This document shows, in pieces, positions 1 through 13,700 of a stretch of 64,000 nt of DNA. The notes under the pieces were generated by a model, which was not told the DNA's origin, searched no databases, and worked only from the letters and a program-made list of their open reading frames with translations. Each line of letters begins with the position of its first letter. Positions within the stretch are counted from its first letter, which is position 1. Source of the stretch: Ophelia neglecta (Eukaryota); contig OZ260666.1 in assembly GCA_965285935.1 (NCBI GenBank), positions 40,610,001 to 40,674,000 of the forward strand, read 5' to 3'. Both the position numbers and the translations under genes were made by a program.

Positions 1-1413
1 GGATCTAAAAAACAGAGAAATCAAACTAGTAAACACAGATCAACAAAGCCACATTAATGTACTGAATTCCTGATAGACTTTATAATTAATTTGACAAATA
101 ATAAAAAATCATAGAGCTATTTTGACCCCTTGCTATTGCTTCACATTGATTGTAGCCTGCAATTAACACAAGTAATTTATGTACCTTTTCTAGACTTGAA
201 ATGTTTTTAGTGTACATCATTGTGATTATTGAACAATGCAAATGAAATTTTGTCAGGCTGCATGGCACAGTTTGACAGCTTCTTTATTCTGTTGGAAAAT
301 TATTACAGCTGTATTGTTCTAAAAGGTACCATTAGCTGTGAGAGAAGCTGGAAATAAGGCAAGGGAGCCCAAAGGTATCCGGCAGGCCTGTAAATCAGAG
401 GGCAAATAACAAATATGATGGTTACATGTGTAGCAGGGAATGTTTTAGTCTCCGTCCATTCAACCAAGAATTGTTCAGAATTCAATGGCTGAAGTAAATC
501 AGTCGGGCTAAGTGAGTTTTGAAGACAGGCACGAGTATATTTGAGAGTTAGAGTTTTGCAATTTCCTCTTTTTTTGAAGCTTAAAATAACTAATCTATCT
601 TTAATAAACAAAAAATCAAAGACTTATGATCCCAGTGTCACATCCTCCCCACATTTAAATAAACTAGAGAGAATAATGACAGCATTGGTTATAACAAAGA
701 TAATGGTGAATTTTAAGACCTTGCAATCAGCCTAAGTCAACTTCCATATTAACATTTTAAACAGATCAGTTAAATTCTCAGTTAAATAGAAATTGTCAAA
801 TGTTTATTGATTTATTTTCACACACAAAAGGTGTACAAGTGGTCCAAGTACTTCTCTCTTGTTTAGGATGCATAACTCTTGACATTACTGTCATTTAAAT
901 TATACAGGAGTGATTTTGATAAATTTGACAATGCATTGATGCGTTAAAAACCAATGCAAATGCTAACATTGTCGAGACATGATTTGGTAACTCCGCCTGG
1001 AAAGCTTCTATCACCGTTAGAGAGATTCATGCTGGGAAAGGGCATGCATTTAAATGTCATTTGGCACAGTTAGCCATCATGGCATAGTGGCCCACTTCCT
1101 GTCATGTTACCGAAACGCTCAAATCAGCGGCTGGATTGAGGATCACAAGGTAATGGATGGGTGTGTCCACTCCCTAAATGAAACATACCACACGTCCTCA
1201 CAATCACTGAAGGATCTCAGTCGCAGGAAGTTACTGCTATACCATAAAATACAATGACCACAACATGCATTATTATTGAGTGACCATCTAGAATTACCAA
1301 TCTATTCATTCCATTGTTTCTTCCTCCAAAAGGAAGGTAATTTATAAGGATACACTTTTTGTTTACCCGTATTTAAGAACAATCTAATAGAGGAGCACAG
1401 TATTGCTACTCAC

Positions 1414-1576
1414 CAGATCGAGGAGCATGGACACATGTCCCATAAGAGGCTGCTTCTCTCCCGACTCCTCTGGCCTCACCACCGAGAACCTGTGTACATC
1501 TCCTGACTTGTCTGCCACCAAAACATAACTCTCGTCAGCAGTAAAGGTTAGAGCAGTGCCTCGCCGGAACAGGGAC
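1414..1576 (-). CDS. WDR4: WDR4/Trm82 coding exon 4 (SLFRRGTALTFTADESYVLVADKSGDVHRFSVVRPEESGEKQPLMGHVSMLLDL), 163 nt; gene continues beyond the window start
   Basis: Acceptor gatttcgttacag| and donor CTG|GTGAGT. It contains the diagnostic WDR4/Trm82 motifs RR.TALTF, VLVADKSGDV and GH.SMLLD. Exons 1-4 join to 429 nt (143 codons) with no stop. Confidence 0.95.
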
Positions 1577-1807
1577 CTGTAACGAAATCAACGAGAAAGA
1601 AACCTGACCACTAGTCCTTTTATTTAACCTTAATTATTCTATCAAAGAGCATATTATTTCCATGTCATTTTAATATTAAAAAAAAAAAAAATAATAATAC
1701 TAGGATACTAGTTATTGAGATCTGATAAATAAAAAATTAGGAAATTGTACATATCAGTGATGGTACAGTAAGTGATAAATTGTAGCCTCTTGTACACATA
1801 CACATGT

Positions 1808-1880
1808 GATACATGTACATTGAGAATGAGTATAAGAGTCTGGACATCTGATACATGTACCTTGAGTTAAGAGTGTAAAA
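1808..1880. repeat. Imperfect tandem duplication, about 42-bp unit beginning tgatacatgtac.ttgag
   Basis: Two diverged copies starting near 1808 and 1849 in WDR4 intron 3. Confidence 0.55.
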
Positions 1881-2159
1881 TTCTAGAGTGTCCTAGGTTT
1901 CGACTGGAGGCAAACCAGGCTGTTAGTAGGACACATTGATTGTGGAAAGACCTGTGTAACACTTTAGAAGTGTTTACAAATGACTTTTAAACCCCTTATG
2001 TTGGTAAGGCCGGTAATATATTCATTATGAGGCAAGAAGGTTCCTATTTTTTTTAAAGTTGGGCCGTTGTACACCCACAAGGAGGTACTCTTATTTTAGT
2101 GGACCTTGTATATGTACATGTATTTTTTAGCTAGTATGTGAATTGTACATGGTATATAC

Positions 2160-2294
2160 CTGGTGCTTTGCTTCTGCCATACTGACTGGTCAGACTTCCA
2201 CAATGACAGCTGTTTACGGTCATCACAGGCAGCAAAGTATTGTCCACTGTTAGAAAACCCAGAGGCAAGAACACGATCACTGCCTTCATTTGCT
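2160..2294 (-). CDS. WDR4: WDR4/Trm82 coding exon 3 (ANEGSDRVLASGFSNSGQYFAACDDRKQLSLWKSDQSVWQKQST-R), 135 nt
   Basis: Acceptor attttctattgtag| and donor CAG|GTATAT. The translation matches the WDR4 WD40 blade (human [29 protein letters not shown], recalled from memory). Confidence 0.92.
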
Positions 2295-5200
2295 CTACAA
2301 TAGAAAATATATCTACACTGAATGAGGTGCAGAAAATGTTTAAGTGAAAACCTTCAAAAATAATTTGGAGTTTTTATCAATATTAATAGACATTGTATCT
2401 TATTTTCATACGTTTATGTGTAGTATAATAAGATTCATCAAGGAAACAGATTAACTCATTGAAAGCATACTTTTAAAGCTAATTGTCTACTAACAAACTG
2501 AGGAATCTAATTTCATCCTTTACAATCTCAAGGTAACACATGAGTTTACCGAGCATATGGCATCCATTAAATTGTGTAGCCTACCATGTTGTCAGGGAGG
2601 GTGGCATACATTGACATGTATGCTGGTGACATTGCAAAAGGTGGGGTGGATCCAACAAAACAAGTTCTAGGGGGACCATAGAACCCAGGAAGGTGGAAAG
2701 TCTATAGAGAGGGCAGAGAGAGGATATCAGCCCCCCCCCCCCCCCCCCCTCCTCACTGGCCTGACACTCTCTATTATAAACTACCGGGCAAGGGGCCATG
2801 GAAAAAATGGGCCCTTAGTCCCTAACCTCCAGATCAGGGGCTCCTCCCCCAACCCCAGGAGAGAGAGAGAAGACTTTATGACAACACATTATTCCAAGTT
2901 TGTTCAGCAAGCTATCAGGTTTCCAGGTAATTGCATGTTGAGATCACCCATGCAAAGAAAAAAACATGTCATGTTCATTAAAGTAAACAAAATGACATCT
3001 TGTTTAATTGCCAATTATCTAAATTCATGTGAACTGGGCAGGTTCTGCACTACTTGTATTGTACTGAGGGTTTCTCTCATTGAAGTCACTTTAAGTCTGC
3101 ACCTAATCTACTTATTTGAGAATTACCTAATCCTCTTCTCCAATTCTTCCAACAAATACCTCTTATGTCCCACAGGAAATGATCAGCTCAAAAATCAAAG
3201 CCTCCAGCCAATCGACAACCAAATTCTAGATAATCGCAACATGACAATTTCTGATACCCTCAAATCAGGTAGGGTGTTTTGCAATCAAATTCCACTGTTT
3301 TGCCATCCAAGTTTGTAATTAGCTAAATGAGCAATTAAATCTATTAGCAGTTCACCAATGTAGTCATCATTGATTTGTGCCCCACTTCAAAAGTATTTGG
3401 GCCCAATCCCATGAAGGACTATCCTAACCCCCACATTACCAATCACAATGATTTTCAAAAGGTTGGAAATCCATGCCGATCATTAAATGGGACGGGGATC
3501 GGTAATGACGAACAAATCCATATCCAGCAGATAATAGCCATCATCTTGATAATGTCACCGAATTTAGCAACAATGATCGTAGAGAATGGCAGAGAGGAGG
3601 TATATTGTCTAGGACTTGGTAGGATGGAGAGCTTGAATGTGGCTCCATTGTGGGGAGAATCGTGCAGAAAGGCTCTTCTCTGTCTCCTGACAAATATGTG
3701 ATGTACAGAAGCTTCCAGTAGGAGATGATACGCCCAGGTAGGCATTGATAGGTGTCAAGCTAGGGTTAACTGTGTCCTCTGTATCGGGTCAGAGTGGAAA
3801 CTTTCCAGATGGTTCATTCATTAAGCTGGGGTCATCTAACCAATCTGAATAATGACAACGGGTCTGGACTTGTAAAAGTGTGTCCCACATAAATGTAATG
3901 TCTCTGAGAACAGAGAGACTGAAGTATGAAATACTGTGGTTGAGTAGGTCTGATTCGTGAAAGAAATAGTATGATCATGAAAATTAGTATTAATTTAAAA
4001 GGGATTAATAAAGTAACTGTTGTAGTTATGGTTTTAATCATTCAATGGTGTGGTTTTACAAAAGATAAGGTTTGCTAAAAACATCATTAAAGCATTTAAT
4101 AAATCTTACATATAATAAATCTAGCAAAAAATACATTAAAACACCCTGTCGAATAATCATCTTCTTGTTTTCTTATCTAATTTGAAATAAATCCATCGTA
4201 TGATCACCTACCCAAAATGAATTTAAAGCAAGTTACCAACATACATATTTCGAGGAGCATGTATAAAAGTATAGCAAAAAAAAGACACTCAAAGAAGACA
4301 AGTGCTGATATCACACAAGCACACTTTATTTTGCCGACAGGTCAAACTTTTGCCCTGCTTGTGATTCTGAAGCAGGTAAAGTGACTTGTTGGGCCGGTGA
4401 GTTTTGGCTTAGTCACACGCCAGGTATTACAGCACTCGATGAATATGCAGCACAATGACATGCATCAAAGGAAAGAGGACTTTTTACCAGGGTCCTTGAG
4501 TCGTTACATAACAATGAAGGCTGCAGAAGGAAGAAGTGCGTCACCGCTATTACAGGTGCAACTTTCCGTGAAAAATGTAGCAGGTAGGCCGATCAGGTTG
4601 CTGGCGCTGCACTAGCGCTCCGGAAGCTGAGTCTACCACCCAACACCTTGGTAAATATTAAGGTAATCGCAGACGCCAGTCACGTTCACCAAAGAAACCA
4701 AACTTGTGTGTACACTGCGCCAACACGCCAGGAACATCTTTTCAAATCTTGGGTGCTCAGTGGCAGGAATTTTACACATCATTAAATATTCAGGCCAAGT
4801 TGCCCAGGTAACCCTGCCAGCCTGATGCCTATTTGTTGATACTGCACGGTAAAGGTATTGTTGAACAGCATTCGCATATCTGGGGCCAGCTTGGATCAAC
4901 TTTCAACCTTGCCGTGTCTCAAGGCTTGTTGACACAATGTTGGTGGCAAGAGAAGGGATAAGAAAAAACCTACCCAGATGGGCCTGTTCCCACCACAGGA
5001 TCACAAGAAGCAACTTCCTCAGCACATACATGTATATACTTTATAGGTGTGCTGTCTTAACTTCTAGCAATTTTCAGAATGTCACAGGACAATACATTGA
5101 CTATATGGGACTGATTTGAGCAAAATTACTAAGCCCCGCCCATGACATGGAAAATAACTGCCTTTCCAAAAGAACAAAAATAAAATGAATATTACTTTAT

Positions 5201-8200
5201 AAGCACAATTTAGTGTTGGGAATTGCCTAAAAAATAATAATTTAACAAAATCCATAATTGTGGTTGTAACAGTGAGTACATAGTGTTTTTAAGGGGATAT
5301 ACCTGTATAAGGCCATTTAAACTTTTTTAAAACTTGTTTGACAAAAACATATTAATTTGCTATAAATCAATAGGTTTTTATAGCAAGGGTATTGTCCCTT
5401 GCTCCTCTCTTTTCCAGCAGAATTACTTTTAATTCAAAATGTCCCAATCAACACAATAATAAAATGATGGTTTGATGGTTTTTTTCACTGTTTTAAGAAA
5501 TCTGAAAAATGAAAAACTGAAATAATCACATTCCAACTGTTACTGACTATTGAAGGAGCAATTGATTAAAAGGCTTGGTTGGGAATATTAACCAATTTTC
5601 AATCATATTTGATCATCCTATCACTATCACCTTTATTAGTTTATTCCATACCAAAACAGGGATGGAAATGTTGATATGACATGGGCCGATGTGCAAATAA
5701 AATATCTGAAGAGATAAATCCGCTAGAGAAATGCATGCCTACATGGGTGGGTTCATGGCATCATGTGTTGACTTGCTCAGTCTTGATTGGCCATGCTGTC
5801 ATGGAAGTTTGCCCTCATTTCAATCCGTACAATGAGATCCAACAAAAAATGCGACAGCAAAATGTCACCTCCTTTCTATGGGCCGTGGAAGGATGCACAG
5901 CAACTTAAAATAACATGTGCCAATTCAGCTGCCATCTCTATACCCATTAAACTTCACTTGTCGGCTAAGTGAGAAAAATTCATGCACTTGGAAAATTACA
6001 TCGCATACATAAAATGATCTCATGTTAAAGCTGTACAAAATCAGATCCATTTAGGTGGTGTTGACATAACGACATTCAAGATTATCCAAACAACATCACT
6101 GCTTCCACTTTAGTTAGCTTTTTAAGTTTGCGCCTATTGTTTTCCAAGGATGTTGGCCGACAGGCAAATGCAAAGTAAACGTACACATGTTAGGTAACAA
6201 TAAAACGCTCACCTGAATTAAAAGCTTCGGAGGCTTGTGCATTAAAAGTTACAAAGCCATTTCAAAAGTGGCCATCTAGATTTACCAAAGCCGCTCTCTC
6301 TATTGTAGCTCTAAGTTGGATTACAAACACACCAGGTACATGTTGTAAACTGACTCAGCAACAAGCCCCAGTTGCCAACAAACAATCCTACCAGTTTTTT
6401 TTGTTTAGAGATATATAATAAATATTAATATTTTCATATGATCCAACTATGCAGTTACCACTTAGACACATTTCAAGCCAGTTGACACTGTTTAAAGACA
6501 TTTGTAATGACATAGTAGTTCACTACTATTTGTAAGTTAATATTTGCCCTTTTTATCACTGGACAAGCTAGAGTTGAACTGCAACATATCCTTTCTTGAC
6601 ATGCTGCCACTTAAACTTACAAAGGTGAATTGTTTTATTTCAGAAAATAAAGTACGACCAGCTGGACAAAATGGATATATGTGTCATTGACATTTTGTTG
6701 CAGGTCTGCTTTCAGTCATTGAAGACCAAATTTGAAATTAAGCTATACTATATCAATAATAGCAAGGAATTCATAAAAATGTCTTTGATATGGGTAAGTT
6801 TAGGTGTGAATTTGTTTAAAGCAATCAGGTTCAATCCTAGTTATCTATTCATTACACAGCTCTAAAACAGAACTGTTTAAGTAGAGATACCTTGGAACAG
6901 AGCAGAGCTGAGATGAGTTATCCGATTAGGGCCAACGCGCGGATAACATTGTCTCAGCAGCACAATGGAGAGGGCTAGCAGAGGCTAACGATCAAAGTAT
7001 TGAACGCCACTTCCCACTTCCGAGACCAGGCCGGTCTCCACTGAGAAGCAACAGGTTTGGCAATAAATTATTGCTCAATCTGTGTCATTTCGTCCAATAA
7101 AGCATTGATTCGTCAGCGGTGCTTAGCCGTCCTCATAGAGTGCCAAATGATGTCGCTGTCTCTATTTCAATTAGCCGCTAACAGGACTTCGAATGCCCCT
7201 CGAGTCATTGTGAATATTAAACATGGCTCGCAAAGTTTTCACCGTCCATTATCATGAAGTGGTATTGATGATGCAGGCAGGAAACTAACCAAACTTAGGG
7301 TATTCCCTGGGCGCTAGGCTGCTAGGTACAAATCCTGACCAATTTAGCTGCCAGTGATCATGGCGATGAGATGTTTATGATTCAAGTGGGGATTATGGCC
7401 ACCAGGGGACGGTCCACCCAGACCTGATTGTGATTCTCACAAATGTCTACATGCATGCATATCAGGCGCATTCCGTGATCTTTTATACAACTTGTACCAC
7501 AGCTCAAGATATGGATCATGAGAATGTGACTGAACGTATTTAGGGTACTAGCACAATCCCATAACTACTCACTCAAGTAGCATATTATTCCCAGTCAACT
7601 AAAAAACACACAACATGTCCATTTTTCGGAAAACCTTATACCTATAACATTTAAAAGAAGATTTTAAAATAACCTATATTATACAGGTTTGCCATTTTGA
7701 ATTTGACCCATGACAAGGCAAAGTTACAATGAATTGTGTGTAATAAAGAGAAAATGTAATCCAGTTGACAGATTCAACTTCATGTAAGAGCTCAATTTAA
7801 TTTCTAATTTCTAGGTTATAACACAACTCAAAAGCGACAATCATCAACCGCTAGACCTGATTAAAAATGAGTTTAACTTATCAAGATTTGTGAGGCTGTC
7901 AACACAATGCCTTACCTTTTACAAATCTGTGGCAGCTGAACCTAAGAGACATACTACACTCTCCAGCGAATTGTTAAGGAGACAATGAAAATCCATAAAT
8001 CAGATTTTTGAACTTAGTCATTCATCAAAACATCTCCCATGTGTTGCCAATGATATTAGTATGCTCTTTACGAAATTCTTACAAGAGTCGCCAGACTGGA
8101 ACAGACTTTGATTCATGTTTGTAGAAGATCAGATGGTGTCTCGGAAATCGGCAGAAGAGCTGTCCAGAATGCGCAATCAACCGACAAGTCACATGAATGG

Positions 8201-8438
8201 AGATGCGTGGGTCAAACTCTATGAAACCTGAGTAGTACAGGACTAAAACAAAACTAGGTTACATGAAAGAAGCATTAATAACTCAAGGGCCTATCTTGTC
8301 TATTATTACAATCCATCATCTAAGACTAATTGTGCAAATCATAACTACGTACGCATAGGAAAAATTCAAGCCTGCCAAGAATTCATTTTTGTCCATAGTG
8401 AATTCATATGTTGTAAAATTATCAGCCATCTCCGGTAA

Positions 8439-8648
8439 GGGACACATCATTAGGCACTGGGGAGGGGGGGGGGGTAGAACAATGTTGACGGCCATTTTTT
8501 TCATGCAGCCTTATTTTGGCAAATACATTGGAGCAGATATGAGAGCTTAAGAGACTTCATTTTCCAAACATGAAAACTCAACATTTTAGAATTAAAATTT
8601 TCTAGCTTTTCCTCCCCTCCCCCTGCCATTTTGTTAATGTGTTGTCCC
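8439..8648. mobile_element. MITE, PIF/Harbinger (Tourist)-like, about 210 bp, degenerate
   Basis: Imperfect TIRs GGGACACATCATTA ... TAATGTGTTGTCCC, flanked by TAA (8436-8438) and TTA (8649-8651). A G-run inside the left end is mirrored by a C-run inside the right end. No coding capacity. Confidence 0.65.
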
Positions 8649-10464
8649 TTAGGCCAATTGGAGGCTACCAACAGCCAACCACATCAAATATATCTTGGTA
8701 GTTTGATAAGTTGAGTCCCTTGCTTTCTGGGGCTATGAAAGAGCCGTGACAATGATTGGTATGCAGGCACAACTCCACCGTCTGGTCTCACTAACACCAC
8801 AGAAATGCCCTCTGGAATACGAGTTAAGCCTTGACGCTATTCATTTTACACTGAGATCAATTCGGACAATTAGACCTCAGCGATCTGCTGTCCTCCTGTG
8901 TCAGCTGATCCCCTCCCAGGGTGACCGTCGCAGATGTCAAAGATGAGCCCCACTCGGCTTGCCATACATCTGCCTAACTGGACAATAATGTGAGATAATC
9001 TACATTAGATATCACCCTTAGGTGCTTTAATAAAAATGATTACATTCCTATTTACTTCAATAGAAATGCAAATTGAAACAAAGCATCCATGAGGAAAACA
9101 CTGTTATGTCTGGAGGGGGAAGTATTACAAACTACGTTCTGGCAGATTGCAGCACAGTTCTTTTTTCTTAGTTAAGAATTACCTTATCTTGTTTATTATA
9201 ATTGTCAAAATCACTGAAGATACATGTATGGATAGCTTCAACCTCTGCCAAAGGGATTCTTTGAACACCAAACATAAAGAGGCATGAAAGAACTTGATGT
9301 TAAGCAGCGTCTGCTGGTCATCACCACTATGACCAGGCTTGTTAAAGGGCGCTGCAATGCGTCTCTGTCAACCCACAGCCCCACCCATACTCAAACTAAA
9401 AATCTAACTTCTCACCTAAGATGTGTGCTCACCTAAGCATATTAGCACTGCACACACTTCAATCAATAATCCAACAGCCACATCTCTGTAAACTTTTCTC
9501 TGGCTCTCACAGAAAATCGATGCTATAAAACATCTGTATTGAATGGCCTACTACCGCAAATATCTCGTAATATCCAGAATAGGAGAAATAGAGTTTTTTA
9601 AAGAATATTTCAATAGCTTAACCAACAGAGTAGCCAATGTAAAATGAGGGCACGTTTCTTATAACAATGTGATTAGATACTAAACACATGCATGCATGTG
9701 TACATGTGTTTTAAATGCAAAGGGAAAGCTATAACAGGGAATTTCTTTTCAATATATATCATACATTAAACAACTATCCTTATAATGATTAAATACATAT
9801 ATATATATATTATCTTCTTTTTCACTGCTTGCCAGCCTATTTTGGACATTTTGGTAAAAACTTGCTTCTTAAAAAATGTGCCAGTTTAATCATTAATTTG
9901 CTAAGAATACTGATAGATGGCATAAACAGACCGCCATACCGCGTTAGGAAAGGAAGAGTTCACTGTGCAATGTCCAGGAAGACGGATTTTGTTTTCTCCC
10001 CAAGTGCTCTAAATATGTTTATTTATAATTTACAATCTGGCCCTAGTATCATTGGGTCATTCCAAATAGGCTTAAATTACTTCATCTAATGTCACCAGAA
10101 GAGAAAAAATAAGCAGCAAGCCAGCATCTATATACATGTATTTCATGCTTATAAATATAATAAATTTATTGTACCTTGGACTGTGTTATTATTCAAAGGT
10201 ATAATTTGGAAATGTTTATACATATATTCACATTAGTTTGAGCTTTGTAATTGTAATTGTAATTATAAATGATTGACTGTGTTCACTAATGGCTGGATTT
10301 ATTGTTAATTAATTATGTGTACAATGACTGCATGCAATCTAATTTGGTTTAGGATTGAGGGCCTATAAGGTGATCCTTTTAAAGAAGTAAAATTATATAA
10401 CGATGAACTGTTGGTAATAATATAATGAAATGTTGGTACAGATAGTAATAGGGGATGCTAGTCG

Positions 10465-10725
10465 GAGGGTCTCTGTTCCCCATTCTCAGTTTGGAAAATA
10501 GACAAATCCCAAATCACAGAGTATAAGTTCTGGATCTTTCAAGTCAAATGGTGTATAAAATATTTCCTTCATCCTGAGAATTTACAACAGTGATTCCCTG
10601 GTCAATGAATATAAAACTGAACATTCCCAGGTCACAGTAAATGAAAGTCCTGGATCCCAAATCATGGTCAAATGTCAAATCCTGCAACCAAAAAAAACTA
10701 AGGCTTAAATTTCCATATCACAAAC
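10465..10725. repeat. Degenerate internally repetitive element
   Basis: Recurrent variants tcccaaatca / tccctggtca / tcccaggtca / ttccatatca at irregular spacing; boundaries approximate. Confidence 0.35.
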
Positions 10726-13700
10726 AAAAAAACAATTAAAAAAGCTGATGACATTGTTAAACTCCTTCTTAACCTCAGGGTACTTCATGCTGTATATAAA
10801 TTTCAATTTCATTTACCAGTTATCGTTTGTACCTGTAAAAGCCAAAATATTGAACTTACTTAAATAAAATTATACATTACTCAGGTGTAAATGGTTGCCC
10901 CATCAGTACAATGAAATCAGTGGCAGACAGGTGTTTGTAAACATCAAGCTACAACTACCAGTTGATTATCTAATTAAACTCTCTTAAATCAGTAGAATAT
11001 AATTGATTTTGACTCTTTTAGGTGCCTAAAGGACATTGATTTAACACCTTCCATTGGTTATCAATACACTAAACAGGTGATCTTACTTGGTTAAACGGAC
11101 TGATACCAGCTTGAAACCATTGATTCCAACTTAGGAGTTGATCTCGCAGTGGAAAGAGGAATAAGCATGAAAAGATCGAAATAACAAAGATACCGCATTT
11201 CCTCTTCAACTTGAAGGCAAACCCGATAAAGATGAAATTATGTTGTTTTAATCTGATTGGATGGATGTCATGTGAAAAGAAAGACGCTCGTGTGAGGAAA
11301 GGACAAAATGGTCACTGTTTACAGGGGTTGTGTGGTTCATCAAAAGGTTGAGTGTACATTATTGAACCGGGAGAGAGAGATCGAAATTGTTGTTTGCTGG
11401 CTAGGAGGGACATAGACACAGTCTCGTGCGCGGCACACTTCAGAGCGTGACACCTCTGCTGGATTCTGCCATTGATAACAGCCAAATACAAATAGCCAGG
11501 ATATGTAAGGAAACACAATGAGTTATTCTCTAGCCAAAACTCCTATCAATTTTTTCGATATCGTCATATGCTGAACTTGTGTGGATCCACCATGGATTTC
11601 ACATTGTCTGCTAAATTATTCATACAAGAACCCAATAAACCCAAAGTATTTTCAAATGCCTCATTGTGTCAGCAATTTGCTTCTCTGACACATTTTTTTG
11701 TTTGAATTCATTCAGCCGAGCAGTTGTTTTCTGGAACTGCAGGGTATTATTTTTCTGTTTACCCTGAATCATATTATTTCCATGTGTGTTGAACGTGAGT
11801 TGACATGTCCAGGTAGAGGCTGCAAGGGGGTAAACTAGGGGAGCAGCTCGTCATCACAGACACTCGCCTACCTGACTGAAAGTTGAAAGAGCTGACAGCA
11901 GCACACACTAGGTTTTTCTCCCATTGTCCCTCCATCGAGCCATGTCCCTCAGGCAAAATAAGCTCTCCTTCTAACACCAAACATGATAATAACAGCCCCA
12001 CCCCTGGCTACTTCACAATACAATAAAAAGGGGCCACTCTTAAAGAACCACCAAAACAGAGCTATTGACACGAAGACAAGCTTAAGTAGTACTGTCTTCT
12101 GGACACAAAGCAGGCTTTATAAACATATAAAAGAGGTCTGGTACCAAACAAAACCATTACGACAAGACTTAATTTTGGCACCAGATCATTTTTATGTGGT
12201 CTTTAATCATGACAATAAATTATACTTTCTACAGTGCATTTCATGTCTCACACTATTTGTTAGCCTTTATAAATAGCTAAAATACATTCTGACTGCTCAA
12301 TATGATAAACTGATCTTAGTACACCAGTAAAACTATTGACTGTAAATATTTAGTAAAATGTTTCTTATATCAACTTGTAAGGATTAATACAACTTGGTAT
12401 TTGTTATTAAAATTTCTCCTGTAACAAGGAACCCTTTTCAATGTGTAAAATGACAAATAATTGCAGTCTGTATTATCATTTAAATCTTACAAATGAGGCC
12501 CTGATTAAGTCAAACATTTTGTCCAGTGGTATTTTTTACATGTTTTTTTGTGTGCCATGCCCTTTCAAAATACAAATACAGGTTCATGTCCCATCTCTGT
12601 ACCAGGGTACATGACTGTGTATTACACAACTGTATCAATTTTCATCATGTACAATGTTTTAAAGTGACTATATCACATGCCATATATGTACATGTATATG
12701 TATTAGCATTGCTTCATACATTTAATTGTAGTCACCTTCCAAATAGCAAATAATTCTTACCTCCAATAAATAATATCCTAATAGACAATCCTCAAAGATC
12801 TACAATTGTGTGTAGTGAATTTTAATCTGGTCAAGAAAAACCCTGTATGTTAACTATCTAGTTTTTACATAACCATATACTTGTGTCTCCAAACATAGCA
12901 GAAATCAGAGGACAATTTCAAACCAACTCTGGCACAGTTGTGAGCTAAAATACAATATTATCAGCAAAGTCGGGCCTTTATAACGTGCAGGGATTGATCA
13001 AAACTAAGTACTCAACACAGTTTCAAATGGAAAGGAATTGATCACTATTGAAAAACAATTAGAGGTAATGATCAGACAACAACCTATGCAACACCGCCCA
13101 GTGTTGCTGGGATGAGAGGGACGAGAAAACGCCAATACCCCATATCAAGTGTGCTGGATTAGGAGGCCGGAGAACATGCCTTGCCAAAAAGCCAATAACC
13201 AACTCTACTTCTGAAGATATGGACACACACAGGTATAAAGCTCTCTGCAAACAAACCATGCAACACCATCTCTAATGATCTTGGCTGGCCATACAATCTT
13301 ACTTAAATAACACTGATAGTCCATGGCAGGGACTGAACTCAAATCTGGATTATATTTTGCATGTGGAATCAAATTATGGCAAGGGATTCTGCAGCCAATA
13401 CTTATATGGAAGTAAGCCCTCTTCATAATTTGTCGCATCAATATATTGAATAAGTGACACTGAAATGTACAAATTGAAATCCATTAGTTGCTAGACACAC
13501 TCCATTCATTTAGTTACCTGTGTTTTCCCCTGCCAAATCTATATAATTCAAGATTGCTCGGAAGATGAAAATCCTTAGATTAACAAATTTATAGTCAATC
13601 CCAGTTGGTTTTAAACGAATAACTTGCAGAAAACTGCTTTGCATAATTTGGGTCAGGAACTGATATCTCCAGCAGAGAAACTAATATGTTTTATTTGCCC

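Noticed and set aside
325-390. Acceptor-like site on the minus strand as WDR4 exon 5
   Set aside because: No frame gives the expected DRDEKIRVS motif, so the true exon 5 is probably beyond the window start.
1888-1934. Hairpin GTGTCCTA...TAGGACAC as a pre-miRNA or terminator
   Set aside because: Short stem with a large asymmetric bulge and no match to miRNA families I recall.
2878-3745. ORFs of 146, 108 and 96 aa in WDR4 intron 2
   Set aside because: No recognisable domains and composition typical of random AT-rich ORFs. The same applies to the other 60-120 aa ORFs in the track.
12010-12240. Possible decayed copy of the CAGTG MITE family
   Set aside because: Only scattered similar words (ggccactct, gtggtcttta); no TIR pair or target-site duplication could be defined.
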